Below, piece after piece: positions 1 through 13,889 of a DNA stretch of 64,000 nucleotides. The position numbers were made by a program, and so were the translations under genes. Source of the DNA: the human T2T-CHM13v2.0 reference genome, Homo sapiens; assembly GCF_009914755.1 (NCBI RefSeq), contig NC_060944.1; one strand, written 5' to 3'. The notes under the pieces were generated by a model. That model was not told where the DNA came from. It saw nothing but the letters and a program-made list of their open reading frames with translations, and searched no databases. The stretch's first letter is position 1. Every line of letters starts with the position of its first letter.

Positions 1-429
1 GGAAATGGTAAGTTCCTGGGTTTGCCTTCTGTAAGGGAGGCAAAAAAATTAGTCTCACCAGAGGTGAGCTAGGGTTGTTGGCTGTACTCCAAGGAGTAAG
101 ACTTCAAGCTGGCTTCGAATTGTTTCCCAAAGCAATAGATCTATTCAGAGACTCTTTTTGGTTCAGTTTAATGAAACCACAGAAAAATTTGCAAACTAAT
201 CTCACCAAGACAAGATGATAATAGAAAGCAGACTTTTCTTCTTTGGATGTCACAGCTGATGGGAGCATCTTCAAGGCGGTACTGGAGCAAACCTTGCTTT
301 GTATCCTAAAGGTCTGGGGGAATGTGGAGCTGGCAGGACTCTGCTTTGAGGAGTACACATTACGCATGCTCCAGAGCCTTGGTACTTTATATTCTTCACT
401 GCCTAAAATGCTCTTTGGCTCTCATAATT

Positions 430-736
430 ATAAAGACCTGCTCCTTTAAGTTTTTTATGCCCCTGCACAACCTCCTCACACAGCGCTCCCTTTATGAACT
501 TATCTGCAATAGCACCTGCCACTACACTTCTTTCTCCCATCTGGCTTGAGTTTACTTCATGAAACCTCTCACTACCTTCTGCTGACATTTCTTTGCATAT
601 TGCTTGTCTTCTCCACTAGAATATAAACTCAATGAGGGTAGGTATTTATTCATAGATTCACTCCTGTTTTCTAATGCCTAGAAAGTGTGCAGAACTATGT
701 AAATACTCAAAATATGTGGTCATTGAATGAATCAAT
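430..736 (+). mobile_element. LINE-2 (L2) 3' end relic
   Basis: ctccactagaatataaactcaatgagggtagg...ctcaaaatatgtggtcattgaatgaatcaat resembles the L2 3' terminus with its (tgaa)n tail. Confidence 0.7.
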
Positions 737-976
737 AGCTTGTTGTGTATATAGTAAGGCGGCATGTATTTTGAGCTAAGCAGATTATGGCTGGGTCTTC
801 CCAAGCATCTTTTTTTCCTGTGTCACATTAGGTGTCAGTAGTGAACACATGTACTTTCCCATATCTGTATCGCACTGAAAAGCTCTCATATATTCTTTCA
901 TTTACCTTAAATTTTGTCAGTTTGATTCAACTACTTTTGGTAAAATGATGCTTCTGATATAAAAAAAGGAAGACTT

Positions 977-1290
977 GGCCAGGCCCGATGGCTCACACCT
1001 ATAATCCCAGCACTTCGGAAAACGCTGAGGTAAGTGGGTCACTTGAGGTCAGGAGTTCAAGGCCAGCCTGGCCAACATGGAAAAAACTCATCCGTACTAA
1101 AAATACAAATAAATTAGCTGGGCATGGTGGCATATACCTGTAATCCCAGCTACTGGGGACAATGAGGCAGGAGAATTGCTTGAATCCAGGAGGCAGAGGT
1201 TGCAGTAAGTTGAGATTTTGCCACTGCCCTCCAGCCTGGGTGAGAGTGAGAGACTTTCTCAAAAAAATTAAAAAATAAATAATAAATAAT
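977..1290 (+). mobile_element. Alu SINE (AluS-type), full length
   Basis: GGCC start, dimeric arms, A-rich linker and tail; TSD aaaaaa(g)gaagactt at 961-976 and 1291-1304. Confidence 0.97.
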
Positions 1291-2089
1291 AAAAAAGAAG
1301 ACTTAAAATACTTTTATCTAAGTTGTTCAAAATATACTTGGGCCCTCAAAAGGCCTTTCTTAAATTAATTTGATGGTTTAAGTGTGCATGGATGGAATAA
1401 CATTTCTTTTCACAGATGAGTAGATCTAAAATTGAAGGAAGATAAATTTGTAGGCTTTAGTGATTATTTGGAAAATAATAGCTTTGGCCATTGGATCAGC
1501 TTCCTATCTGTACAACTCACCAATTTCTAATACCAGCATTTCAAGTTTTTGTATCCTTTATTTTACCCATTCATTTCCCTGTCTTCAACACGAATTCCAA
1601 TTACTTTTCTTTCTTTTTGATAACTGAGGTAATTTTTAAAGCATGTTAATGAACCAAGAAGAAATACTGTTTCTAGGCATTTTCCAAAGCTAGAGTTCCA
1701 AGATTTAATGTTACTCTAAAACAAGCAGGCAATGTGAAAAGAAAAATCGAACATATCATCCCCTTCATTTTATTTCCCACACAAATATAAATGTTTTTGA
1801 AAGTCAACATTGCATTCCAATACATGCAGGGAGGTAGTGGTAGAAAGAGGGAATTAGAGGATAGCTGGAGCTGGGCAATCACTTGAATGCTGGTTTATGG
1901 CAACTCTTTGTCAAATGATATTGATCTTTGGTTCCAATCTCCAATTACTAAATAACGAAATTAGGCACATATTCTTTAAATGACTCTCTCTGTGCTTGTA
2001 TGAAAAGAAGGACTGGAAAATATACCAAGAAAATTACCATCCCAAATGTGTTTGGCTCCAGCATTCCACTAAAAGAGCTCTTGTTTTTG

Positions 2090-3705
<1,616 letters not shown>

Positions 3706-6700
3706 CGGGAATGGCAAAGTAGTGTTTACGTTTAAACTTCTTGTCAAAATTATAGGCAGATTTAGGGTCTGTGTATCTCTGGGTCCCTAGAAGAGAATAA
3801 AAACCAAGGCAGTGGTTGTGGCCTGGATTTAATGCCTCTGATCCTCAAATGTGAAGATGTTCTGGAACTGCAGTCAGTAGACTCAAGCTGAGAACGGAAT
3901 GGAGGATCCATCAGAAGTCACAGGAAGTGAAGAGGGATGTTGCCCAATTCTTTTCCTCCTCTACTTTATGAGGAACAGATAATTGTCTATCAGCCTGGTG
4001 GATTAAATACATTCTCTCTAAAAGTTTCTTTTCCCCTGATAACAATCACTAGAGATTCAAAACAGGAAACACAGTTTTGTTGATAGGAGTGGAAAGGGGA
4101 AGGACACTGAATTTTACTGAGAAAATTGGTCCTAATATCTAAAAACTGGAAGATGAAAAGCATTTACCAAAGGCAAATGTGAAAAGTGGTCTCTACAAAA
4201 TCTTAGTAACTAACTGCATAAACTTCCTGTGAGCTGTACACATACAGCCACTCCGATCCTGGATTTCAAATAACCTCTCTGCCCTTCCTATAAATCCACT
4301 CCAAAATCCTTACACTATTGGCATCCAAATGAGTTCTCTCAGGGTATTTCTTACATTCAGAAGTGATACAAGAAACCTCTGGTGGACTATGTGCAGAGAT
4401 TTCTGCTTCAAAATATAAAGTCACTGTATACATACTGTTTTTTCAGGGTTAGATAAATAACTGCCCTGATGTTCTTATTTGGAACAAATTGAGAGCAGCC
4501 CAATGTAATACATAGGGACATGTCAGTAAACAGAAGACATTTTTTAAATGTAGAAATATAGTGAACCCTTGTACTAGGACTAAACTCAGAATGCAATCTT
4601 TCTTCAGAACAACACATCTTGAAAGGTTTTCCCAGTTCTGCAGGATACAGACTCATCCAAGCTCTAGCACTGGTCTTTGTGAATGCCTCTTCATTTCATG
4701 TTTTTGCTTTTGACCTGCTGGGGTGACTGGGATGAGAGGGACTGGCTCAGATAAAAATTGCACTGTCCAAGGTCATTTTTATTTAACATATGCAATATTT
4801 CTAAAGCATTGTTTTTAGTTGCCAATGTCTAAAAGTTAAAAAAAATTATATAAAATTCCAGATTCTCAATCTCTTTTAAAACATTGGCCTGATGACAAGA
4901 ATTGTCTATGCGTGTGTTGCACATTTTACTAAGGTATGTGTCCCCAGGGTGCCACAGTCTTCACCACACCGTATTTCCTTCATTGATTTGTCTGTGCTAC
5001 CAAAATCTATCACCGACAATAGAGATATTTATGACTTTTTTTCCCTCAAATGATAAACAGCCCAAAGTTTAAGCCATAAGGAGTGTATTTGAGAATTCTT
5101 AGTTGGCTTCACAGTAGTTTTTGAGGTCTTTTTAGCATATAGCCACTAATGAAGCTCTTTAATGGCCTATGGCTACATCATGTCTTTGTCACACTTTGTA
5201 TTCCTGGGACTCTACTCTGAACATGTGTCAGCAGCAAACAATTCTCTTGTTCTACCCATTACTAAAGTTAGGAAATAACTTTTAGGGATGACCTTCAAGA
5301 CAATAACCACTTGTTGGAAGTGGAAGTCATGAGCTTGTCCAGTGGTACAGAACATTTTTCTCTCATTGAGAGTTTTGAAAATCTGTTGCCTTTATGTACA
5401 ATAGAGATTATAGGTACAATAGAGAGAAGAATGGCATGCATCTCAAGCTTCAATCTCAAGAATTTATCTGGCATTAGTGAGCAGTACAATCTTATCTTCT
5501 CTTTAATTTTGTCTTTTTTGAACTAACTTCTCTCATTGTTTGATAAATTATATGGTTTGATTGTGTATGTCACATGAAAATATATTTGAAAGATATTTAG
5601 ATTCCTCTTTGGAATTAAGTAAAAGAAGCATTTGGCTATAAACATGTGGTAACTGGGTCTGAGGTCATGTACATACATTCTTTTCTAGTTGCAGCCAAAA
5701 TCAGGTTTGGGGGTTTCTGATGAGCTCTTTTGTGGTTATTGTTATTAAAGAAAAATGGATCTTTCTGCTGCATGCTTAGAAAACCAGATATTATCACCAC
5801 TTGATTATTTACTTACTGGTACAGCTTGTTTCACTTATTAAAGAAAAGACAAGGTTGAAATTGGATCTATTCAATGCATGTTCGTGGCTTTATGTGTCTG
5901 TAGATAATAAGCAGCCTTGGGTGTTTGTTCAGGGTTGACTTTCTAGGCTATAATTGGCATCATTTTGATTTTTCTTTGGATGAGCCCACATCGTTATGGA
6001 GTCTGTAGCTTTAAATAAGAAAACACCTACAAAAATGAGAGGGGCAAAATGTTCCCTTTGGAAGCAGTAGGGGAGGGGGCAGGAAGGGGAGGCTTTTGTT
6101 CACTCATGGAAAATGGACGTGTGTCTCATGGTAGCCGCAGTTTAAGTAAACATAAACTCTGAACCAGAGATCATACCCGCCATTTCCTCAGCACTAGCAA
6201 TACCAAACCAAAATATAGTTTTATTTGGCTAACCCCAAAGTAGGATGTGGGTGCCAGCCTTGAAAACCACATGATCGGGTTTCCAGCAGACACCACCAGG
6301 GCTATGCTTTTGTCTTAAGCAAGAAAGTCACAAAGGCAATACTCCTTGTAGTACCATCATTATGTTTAGCAAACAGATGCAACCATAACAACAGTTAACT
6401 TCAGAGACAACAGTTCACTACAGAAAAAGGTCAAGAGGGTCTTTTACTCTTCATGCGTAGAATCTGAGCTATCCCATATTACAACTCTATTGAGAGAAGA
6501 GGCATTAAAAGAGAGACAATGAGAACCTAGGGCATAGGCTCAGGTAGTGGGGCTGGGTGGGGAAAGAATCCTCCCATCTTCTTATGAGTTCTAGAGTCGG
6601 CCAATCTGGAATCCATGTTTAGAAGCATCACCTTGACTTCTGTGGAAAGTCGTTTTTTCCAAACAGTAATCCAGCAATGAGCAAAGCATTAAATTGTGAT

Positions 6701-8110
6701 TTTGACATGTCCTCATTTTGTCTTTTCTCTTATAAAGAAGATTCTTCAGGGCCCAGGGTCATTCCAGTCATCCCAAGTTCGGTAAGCATCCAGTCAGGGC
6801 TTGCTGTTTCAGAGGTTTTCATGGTGTGGTTTCATTTATTTATTTACCATGAAGCTGTTGTTTTTCTCCCTTCTCTGGAGCCAGGGAGGGAGGGGCAGAT
6901 GATAGAGTTGGGTGCCCTGAGTTAATGACTAGCCCTATATTCACAAGCTCATTTACTTTTGTCCTCACCTGGCGCCTCAATGCTGCCAATGAGTGGGAAT
7001 TAATTTTATTGAGGGCCACTCAGTTCCTTAAAAGAAAACTGCTCACTTGGCTGGAAATGCTTTGACAGAAGGTAGAGCAGCCGGTCACATTTGAACACTG
7101 TGTCTTCTAGATTTGGGGGCAGAGGGGGAGTGGCAGATTCAGAGGGAGAGGGGACCAAGCAGTCATTTCACATGAGCTATTATGGGGTGGCCGGAATCCC
7201 AGCAGAGTCCATCAACAGACTCTCGTGCTAAAGACACAGCCTGTTGTCTCTTTATCTGCCACTCCCCACTAAATCTGTGCATGACCCCCCAGCACCCTTC
7301 TCAACAATCAGCTGCCCGTAAGAAGGTAATCATCTTATGGTGAATTGGAGAAGAAGAAAAGACACTCTAGGAAAATGTTATGATAATAGAAAACTCTTCA
7401 GTGTTGTAACCATCTGGTGTGCTACGGTGACAAAGAAGCCGATAATTGAGTGCCCAATAACTTCTTTTGGCCTGAGATAATGGGCACTCACCCTGATTTG
7501 TGTTCTTCACAAGAGTAATTCGCCATCATTTCACACCACATCTGCACCCCATTTCCTCCATCAATACAGCCTTACACATAAGTTACCACACTTAATTAAG
7601 TCCACATCATTCTCCTCCAAAGAACAGAAAAGTTTGAGCAGATCCCCGAGTGGCCGAGAGGCACAAATGAGGTTTTAGTGACTCTTGTTTGGTGGGAGAA
7701 ATGGAGATTGATGAAGAGCTCATGCCACCAAGGTTTGGCTCCCGGGTGGGGCAGGGTAGGGCTGCGTCTCCACAGCTCTTGGCTGGGCAACAGCTGTGGA
7801 TAAGCTTAGGCAGGCAGCCCTGTGGCCAGGCATGCTAGGGGAGGGGATGCAGACCCCATTGTCACATAATCTTGCTTTTGAAATTGTGCTACAATTCATT
7901 CCATTTGATTTCTAAGGTGCTGTCACCAGAGCATCATTAAAAGTCCTTTAAGAAACTGGAGAATAGACTAGATCACCAAAGGCGGCTTTGTCAGCCCCTT
8001 CTCTCTTTCTTTAGTGTGTGTTCCCTTCCAGCTGACAGAAAAGGCAAAGCCTGTAAGCTCAGGACAATTAACAAGGATAATTTCATTTTTCTTTAAACAA
8101 CAATGCAAAG

Positions 8111-8152
8111 TTACTGGGAGAATCAAAGCAATTACTGGGAGAATCAAAGCAA
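8111..8152. repeat. Perfect 21-bp tandem duplication
   Basis: ttactgggagaatcaaagcaa x2. Confidence 0.95.
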
Positions 8153-9499
8153 TGCTCGCTGTAAGAGAGAGTTTTAAAAAATCTTTATTTCACCATCTTC
8201 TTGAAGTGAGAAGAATCATTCCACATTCTTATGGTTGGCGCTAAGATTCTCTTTACTAAAAGGTTTATTAGGGGGGTGTGTGTGTGCATGTGTGAGTTTT
8301 CTCCTACAAACCACTCCTAGAGGCTTAAAAGTTTCCTCTTCCTAAGAGGCTTGTAAGCAGCAGACAACAAGGAAGACTGAGCCTAATGAGAAGGGCATTA
8401 ATCAACCACCCAAGTACCAATGGATGAAAGCAGAGATTCCTCCAGTCTCCCAACTACCTTAGCCATAAGTAAATTAGCAACTCTTTATCCTCCCTTTAAA
8501 AGATAAGGAGGGATCCGGTGCAGGGATCTTTAAGATATTTCCCACAACAAGTGTCAAAATACGCTGAAAGCTCCCAGGGGTCCAACTCCCACACACAGTA
8601 TGCCCTTCATTTGTTTATCTAAATGCTGACAAATTGCAGTATTTTAACAGCCTATCTGTGGGCTTGGCTTCATTTGCATGGCGTGCCCTCTATCTTTGAG
8701 CCGATAATGAGGCTCAACATAAAGCCCTCATTGAGGGCTCTGCAGAGGCTGACAGTGATGAATACAGAGCAGGAGAATTAGGTGGTTTAGAGAAGAATAT
8801 GCTATTGTGTACAGCCCTTATCCCTTTCTCTTCCCTGCTGCTCATTTTCAGGTCTTTCAAGGAAACTGCCTCTATACCCTTTCTAGCTAGTGTCTTTTAC
8901 CTTCCTTTCACTCTGAAAGGGGACCATCTTCCAAATCGTCAGCTCAGCCTTATGCTATTTTAGTCACTATAATTATGTTCCCATTTTATCCTATGAAATG
9001 CTAGAGGTTTCCTTTCACTATGCAAACCACTGAGAAAAGCTGGAAAGCATTGTCCTGGGAACATGCGGCCCCTCCACCCACTGAATTCTCAGATACTCTA
9101 TTTTACAATGCAGAATCCAGCCACCTTCTGTCGGAAACATTCGGCCACTGTTGCTAGACAGAGCTGTCACTGAGTACGCTGTTGAGATGTGGCTGATGGT
9201 TGGGGAAGTTACAGAAATTTAGCAATTCAATTTCCTTCAGAAATGTAGCAGTCTGAAGGTATGTGCTCAAACAGCTAATTTTGGTTAATGGTGTTTATGT
9301 TTTTAAATTGAACACAGAGAGGATTTAGCTTGGTCAGAATGAGTGATGTTACATAGGGATTTTCTCTAGGGAAGAGTGAATTTCCTGTCTTGGAAGGCAA
9401 TCCTCCATGTGATGTGTGACAAAAGAAGCTTTTGGTATAAAACAATGGGCTTATGGCATAATATGTTTGGAAAAGATCTTATGGATAGATGGATCTGAC

Positions 9500-9600
9500 T
9501 GATCACTTCATTTCTTCTAAGGGAAGAAACACAGAAGGGGAAGTGGTTTGTCCAAAGTCACACAGCAAGTCTGTGAACTAACCCTTTCTCATGCAAAGGT
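9500..9600 (-). mobile_element. MIR core fragment
   Basis: gaagtggtttgtccaaagtcacacagcaagt resembles the MIR core. Confidence 0.55.
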
Positions 9601-10649
9601 CCAGGAAAGAACATGATCTTGCTGAATGAGCTCGCAGAAAGATTCACATACGGGTGCACTCTACTGCATCTCAGTTTCTGTTATCCATGGCTCTCAACTT
9701 GTTCCATTTTGATATGCTTTGGCTCATAAAATCACTTCTTTTACTAGAATCTTTTAAAAGGATCATCTGTAATTCTCAGACCTCTGCCTCCCCTGACTCT
9801 GATTCTGGGATCCAGGATTCATTCTCCCTAATTCTCTAATAATGAAGTGGGTTATCCTCATTTAATCTGCTTTCTTCCTGTTTTTCTGGTTAGTTGACCT
9901 TTTAGGTACACACTGAAATCCTAGCTTTTTGGACTTCCCTGCTCTCCCTTACACACTGTCTAATGGGATGCACAAGACCTTGAATTTACTAGAAGTCATA
10001 CATGGTCAGCAAAATTATGATGCTGATGGCAAAGGGCCTACTTTGCCTAAGAAATGGCTGAGATTCCATCCTACTCTCTTTTTTGATGATGCTGTGGAAC
10101 TATAAAAGTTTCTTAGAGCCTGTAATCCTTAAATGTCTGTAACAAATTTGTGTCTACGTCCGCTTCTTTTAAAATAATGCCTTTTATTTTCTCTAATTAT
10201 TAATTTAAATACATGCTCATCCTAGAACGTGTGGAAATTAGAAAACTGTATTTTAGTCCTCACCGTCTCTAGTTCATCAATCTGATCATTATTAATGTAT
10301 TGCTATGTATGTCTCTTCCCTTTTTCAAATATACCAACATTCTATTCTTACTATAATTGTCAGGTCTACATATTTCTTTCCATTGACATAACTTTAAAAA
10401 AAAAACACAAACACTATATAGTACATATTATGGGCCTAAGAAGTACTGTTTACATAAACTGATAATAAATGGCTAGCAGGTCCCATGAAAGAAGGTGAAC
10501 AACAATAATTTAACATGTAATGATTGGTTTGTATGCAAAGGAAAATGGAGAATTGTTATTACAGAAAAGAACACAGTTATATAATTGCTTTAGTTATAAA
10601 GTCAAATGGTTTCTTGTCTTGCATTTTCTGTATGTAAGAATCCTTAAGA

Positions 10650-10840
10650 TATATAGCATAGGGTCAAACAGAATAAAGAGCACATGCTTTCAAATCTTTG
10701 CTCCATTCCTTATTATTTAGGAAATTTTCTTAGTTTTTCTGTGATATCATTTCTTCAAGATGGATAACAATGCCTTCCAAGATTTTCATAATAATTTACC
10801 ATAATGCATTTTAGCCATTTAGCATAGTGCCATTTGCAGA
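10650..10840 (+). mobile_element. MIR relic
   Basis: ttcaaatctttgctccattcc...atttcttcaagatggataacaatgcc...ttagcatagtgcc. Confidence 0.55.
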
Positions 10841-11859
10841 AACAAGGAAGAGTTTCTGCAAAGATAGGAGTTTGATAAACGTGCTTGTGAAATCTTCTGA
10901 AATTCATATCTGTGATGGATTCTCATACCTCCAGGATAGTGTTGGTGTAGTCTAAGTCTTCCTGATGCCCTGGGAGGAGACCAGCTGATCAACTTCCATT
11001 GTAAGGATGTATTTGCCACCCCTCTTCCGGGGGTCCACCCCCGGAGCTGCTTCAAGGGCCACTGGGAGAATGGTGGTGAAAACCATCTGCCCTACTATGA
11101 TGGAGAGGTGATTGATAAAATTTTTGCACATGTCCCTTGTAAGTCAATGACTGGGGTCTATCTGTGACTGGATATGTTGCTCCTACAGGCATTCAAGCGG
11201 GCATATGTAGGGGTATTTAAGTGCTAATTTTTGCTTCGAAAAGATAGGGAAATTTGCATTGGAAACATTATTAAAAACACAGATTGAGGACGTAACATAT
11301 GGAAACTAGATAGTAATCCTCACGGTTCAGCATAATAGCACCACTCTCAATGTGGAACTCACGAGAGCATATACATTTACTGATCCCACTTTAAAAAAAA
11401 TCAAAGAAAAAATCCAAATCATTTGAAAGTGTATAATGCATTCCAACAATGCATTAGTGCATATATAATAATGTGTAGCAGAATGCCTTCCTATGATGGT
11501 TAAAAACCTAGTGTTAAACTGATCGAGGGTTCAGTTTATTTCCTTGGAAACTTGGTGACCATGGACTACTTTGAAAATTGATTTTTGTAGTTGTTGACTT
11601 AAATATCATATTTTCAAATGTATCTTGCTATGAAGTAAAGCAAAGATCAACATAATACTAAGAGTAGATTCAATGACAAAACTTAGGAGGAGACCTAGGA
11701 TATAGTTTCTGTTTCATTTTGATCATGTTTGTATGAGACAAATCTATATCTTTCAGATGGCAAATGACACTGTTAGCTTTGAACAAAAAGAGATCTTTAC
11801 CTGCTGAATCAAAACCCCACAAGTTTTCCTCTATATCTGTTTTCACCTTCCTTAGTAAT

Positions 11860-12290
11860 ATAATTTCCAATTCAGCTAGGCAAATGGCTTCCTAAATAAA
11901 GACTATATTTTCTAGCATTCCCTGTGATTAAGTGACTATATAATTAACTTCTGCCAATAGATGTAATTGGAAGAAATATATGCCCATCACTGAAAGTGTA
12001 TTTTGACTTATCTTCTCCTTTTCTAGTTGGAATGTGATAGGAAAAGCAGGCGCTCCCACTCCGCATAGCCATCTTCAACCATGACATACCTCACCAATGA
12101 TATCTACATGCAGCAGAATGACACAACAGAAAAACATTGAGTTCCCAACACCATGGAACATCGTACCATAATTCTAGGACTAAGTTATATTCAGAATTTT
12201 TTAATGTCAAGGACAATATACACCTGTATTTTCTGTTATTAGAATTGTTTGCTTTTATTTTTCAGATTGAACTTAAGCTTGACTAAAATA
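11860..12290 (+). mobile_element. MaLR LTR (old MLT1 subfamily)
   Basis: ttctgccaatagatgtaattggaag and gccatcttcaaccatga motifs typical of MLT1 LTRs. Confidence 0.55.
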
Positions 12291-12929
12291 TCCACACTCA
12301 GCATTCCCTTCTGAAATTCAATGATTATCAGGTTTTCTGGAATCTTCCTGCAGCAGCATATCAAGCAGTGATCTGTATTATGAGAGTGTATCTGCTGCCT
12401 CTTTGTGTGAAACCCAGGGACCCACTTCCAACATTACTTTGAGGAAGATGGGGAGGGGGTGCAAAGCCCATTACCATGTGTTTTCCAGCTTGCACAAAAC
12501 TCCACTGTGACTCTACACAATTCTTCTGTGCAAGGATAAAATATTTATTATTGGATGTTACCCCATACAAAAATGGCAGAAGGTCCAGTTACTCCTCACT
12601 CATTGCTCAATTAGCAGGCACTGTTTGGAACCCCTGGTTTCTGGTGAGCACTGGGATAACAGTATTCAAAATATTCAGGAGACTTTTTTTTTTAATTAAA
12701 TGAGCTTCATTGGGAAAGTCAGATAAAGATGAAAACCAGGAGTAATGGAAACTTAAACTGAAAAATAGGAATGTAAATTGTAGCACAAGTTTCTGAGGTG
12801 GGAAGATCTGGGTGAGTCACAGTGTTAAGAGTAGTCTTACATAGAGAAGCAGAGATGGTAGTGGGCTGTAGAGGTTTCATACAATAAATGGGAAAGAAGA
12901 TATCAAAAATATATAGCCACAGGAATCCT

Positions 12930-13700
12930 TTCATTTACTTAACAGCCTTGAGTTTGCAGGGCTGTGCTAGTTGTTTGGATGAAAACGTTAACCTCAAGCA
13001 AGTAAACTTACCTTACTAGAGCTTAGTTACCTTATCTGCAAAATAGAGATAATAATAGAGTTCTATCCAGGATTAAATATGTCAATACACGACAAGCACT
13101 TAGAATAGTGCCTAGTATGTAGTACATACTGAATAATTACAAGTTATCATTATTGTTGTTATTATTTGCAGAGGAGCTCAATGTCTAATGGAGGTGACAC
13201 CCTATAAATATTAATGGTAGCGGATTGTAATGAGTTTTATCATAGAAATGTAGATGCAGCACTCCGGAAAACACAGGAGGGGGGAACTAAGAGTTGGGAG
13301 GAAGCATTTGTGACTCCTCCCCAGTTAAGTCATATTAGAACTTAGACTTGCAGAGGGGTTCATGTTATAGTTTGACTTGCAAAGGGGTTTCTCCAGATGA
13401 CGAAGAGCATTGCAGGCTGGTGCGCAGCTTGTGTAAAGGTGAGGAGAGGTTGGCAAGTTAAAAGTTTGGAAAACTAAAGTTTGGTGTATTGGGAAAGGCT
13501 GATGATGTTGGGGTAGACAGACAGAATGATGTAGTGGTACACGCTGGTATAAACATAGCAAATGCCAACAGCCAGCATCCATTTTGATAGGGTCACATCT
13601 GTTCTGACTGGCTGGTACCCGTGCTGAACTGAGCAAAAATAATGTGGAGGATAATGTGGAGAATGTCAACACAGGCTTTGTAAATCTTGGTTTAAAAAAA
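12930..13700 (-). mobile_element. L2 3' relic (antisense), interrupted by a MIR
   Basis: tcatttacttaac...gctgtgctag start and gaggagctcaatgtctaatggagg continuation. Confidence 0.55.
12990..13166 (+). mobile_element. MIR SINE
   Basis: ccttatctgcaaaatagagataataatag...gcacttagaatagtgcctagtatgtagta...ttatcattattgttgttattatt. Confidence 0.85.
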
Positions 13701-13889
13701 ATCAGAAATAAGCCCCAATTGTCAGTTCACCACTCTGCAGAGAGACATCACTTCACAAAGACATTTGCTACATTTTTTTGGCCTCTTTATTATCAGTAAT
13801 GTTCTTGTGTAAAATTTCTTAATATTGTCTAATTAATATTAGATAAGCAATTTGTACTAAAACAAATGAACAAAAGAAAACATAGATGG

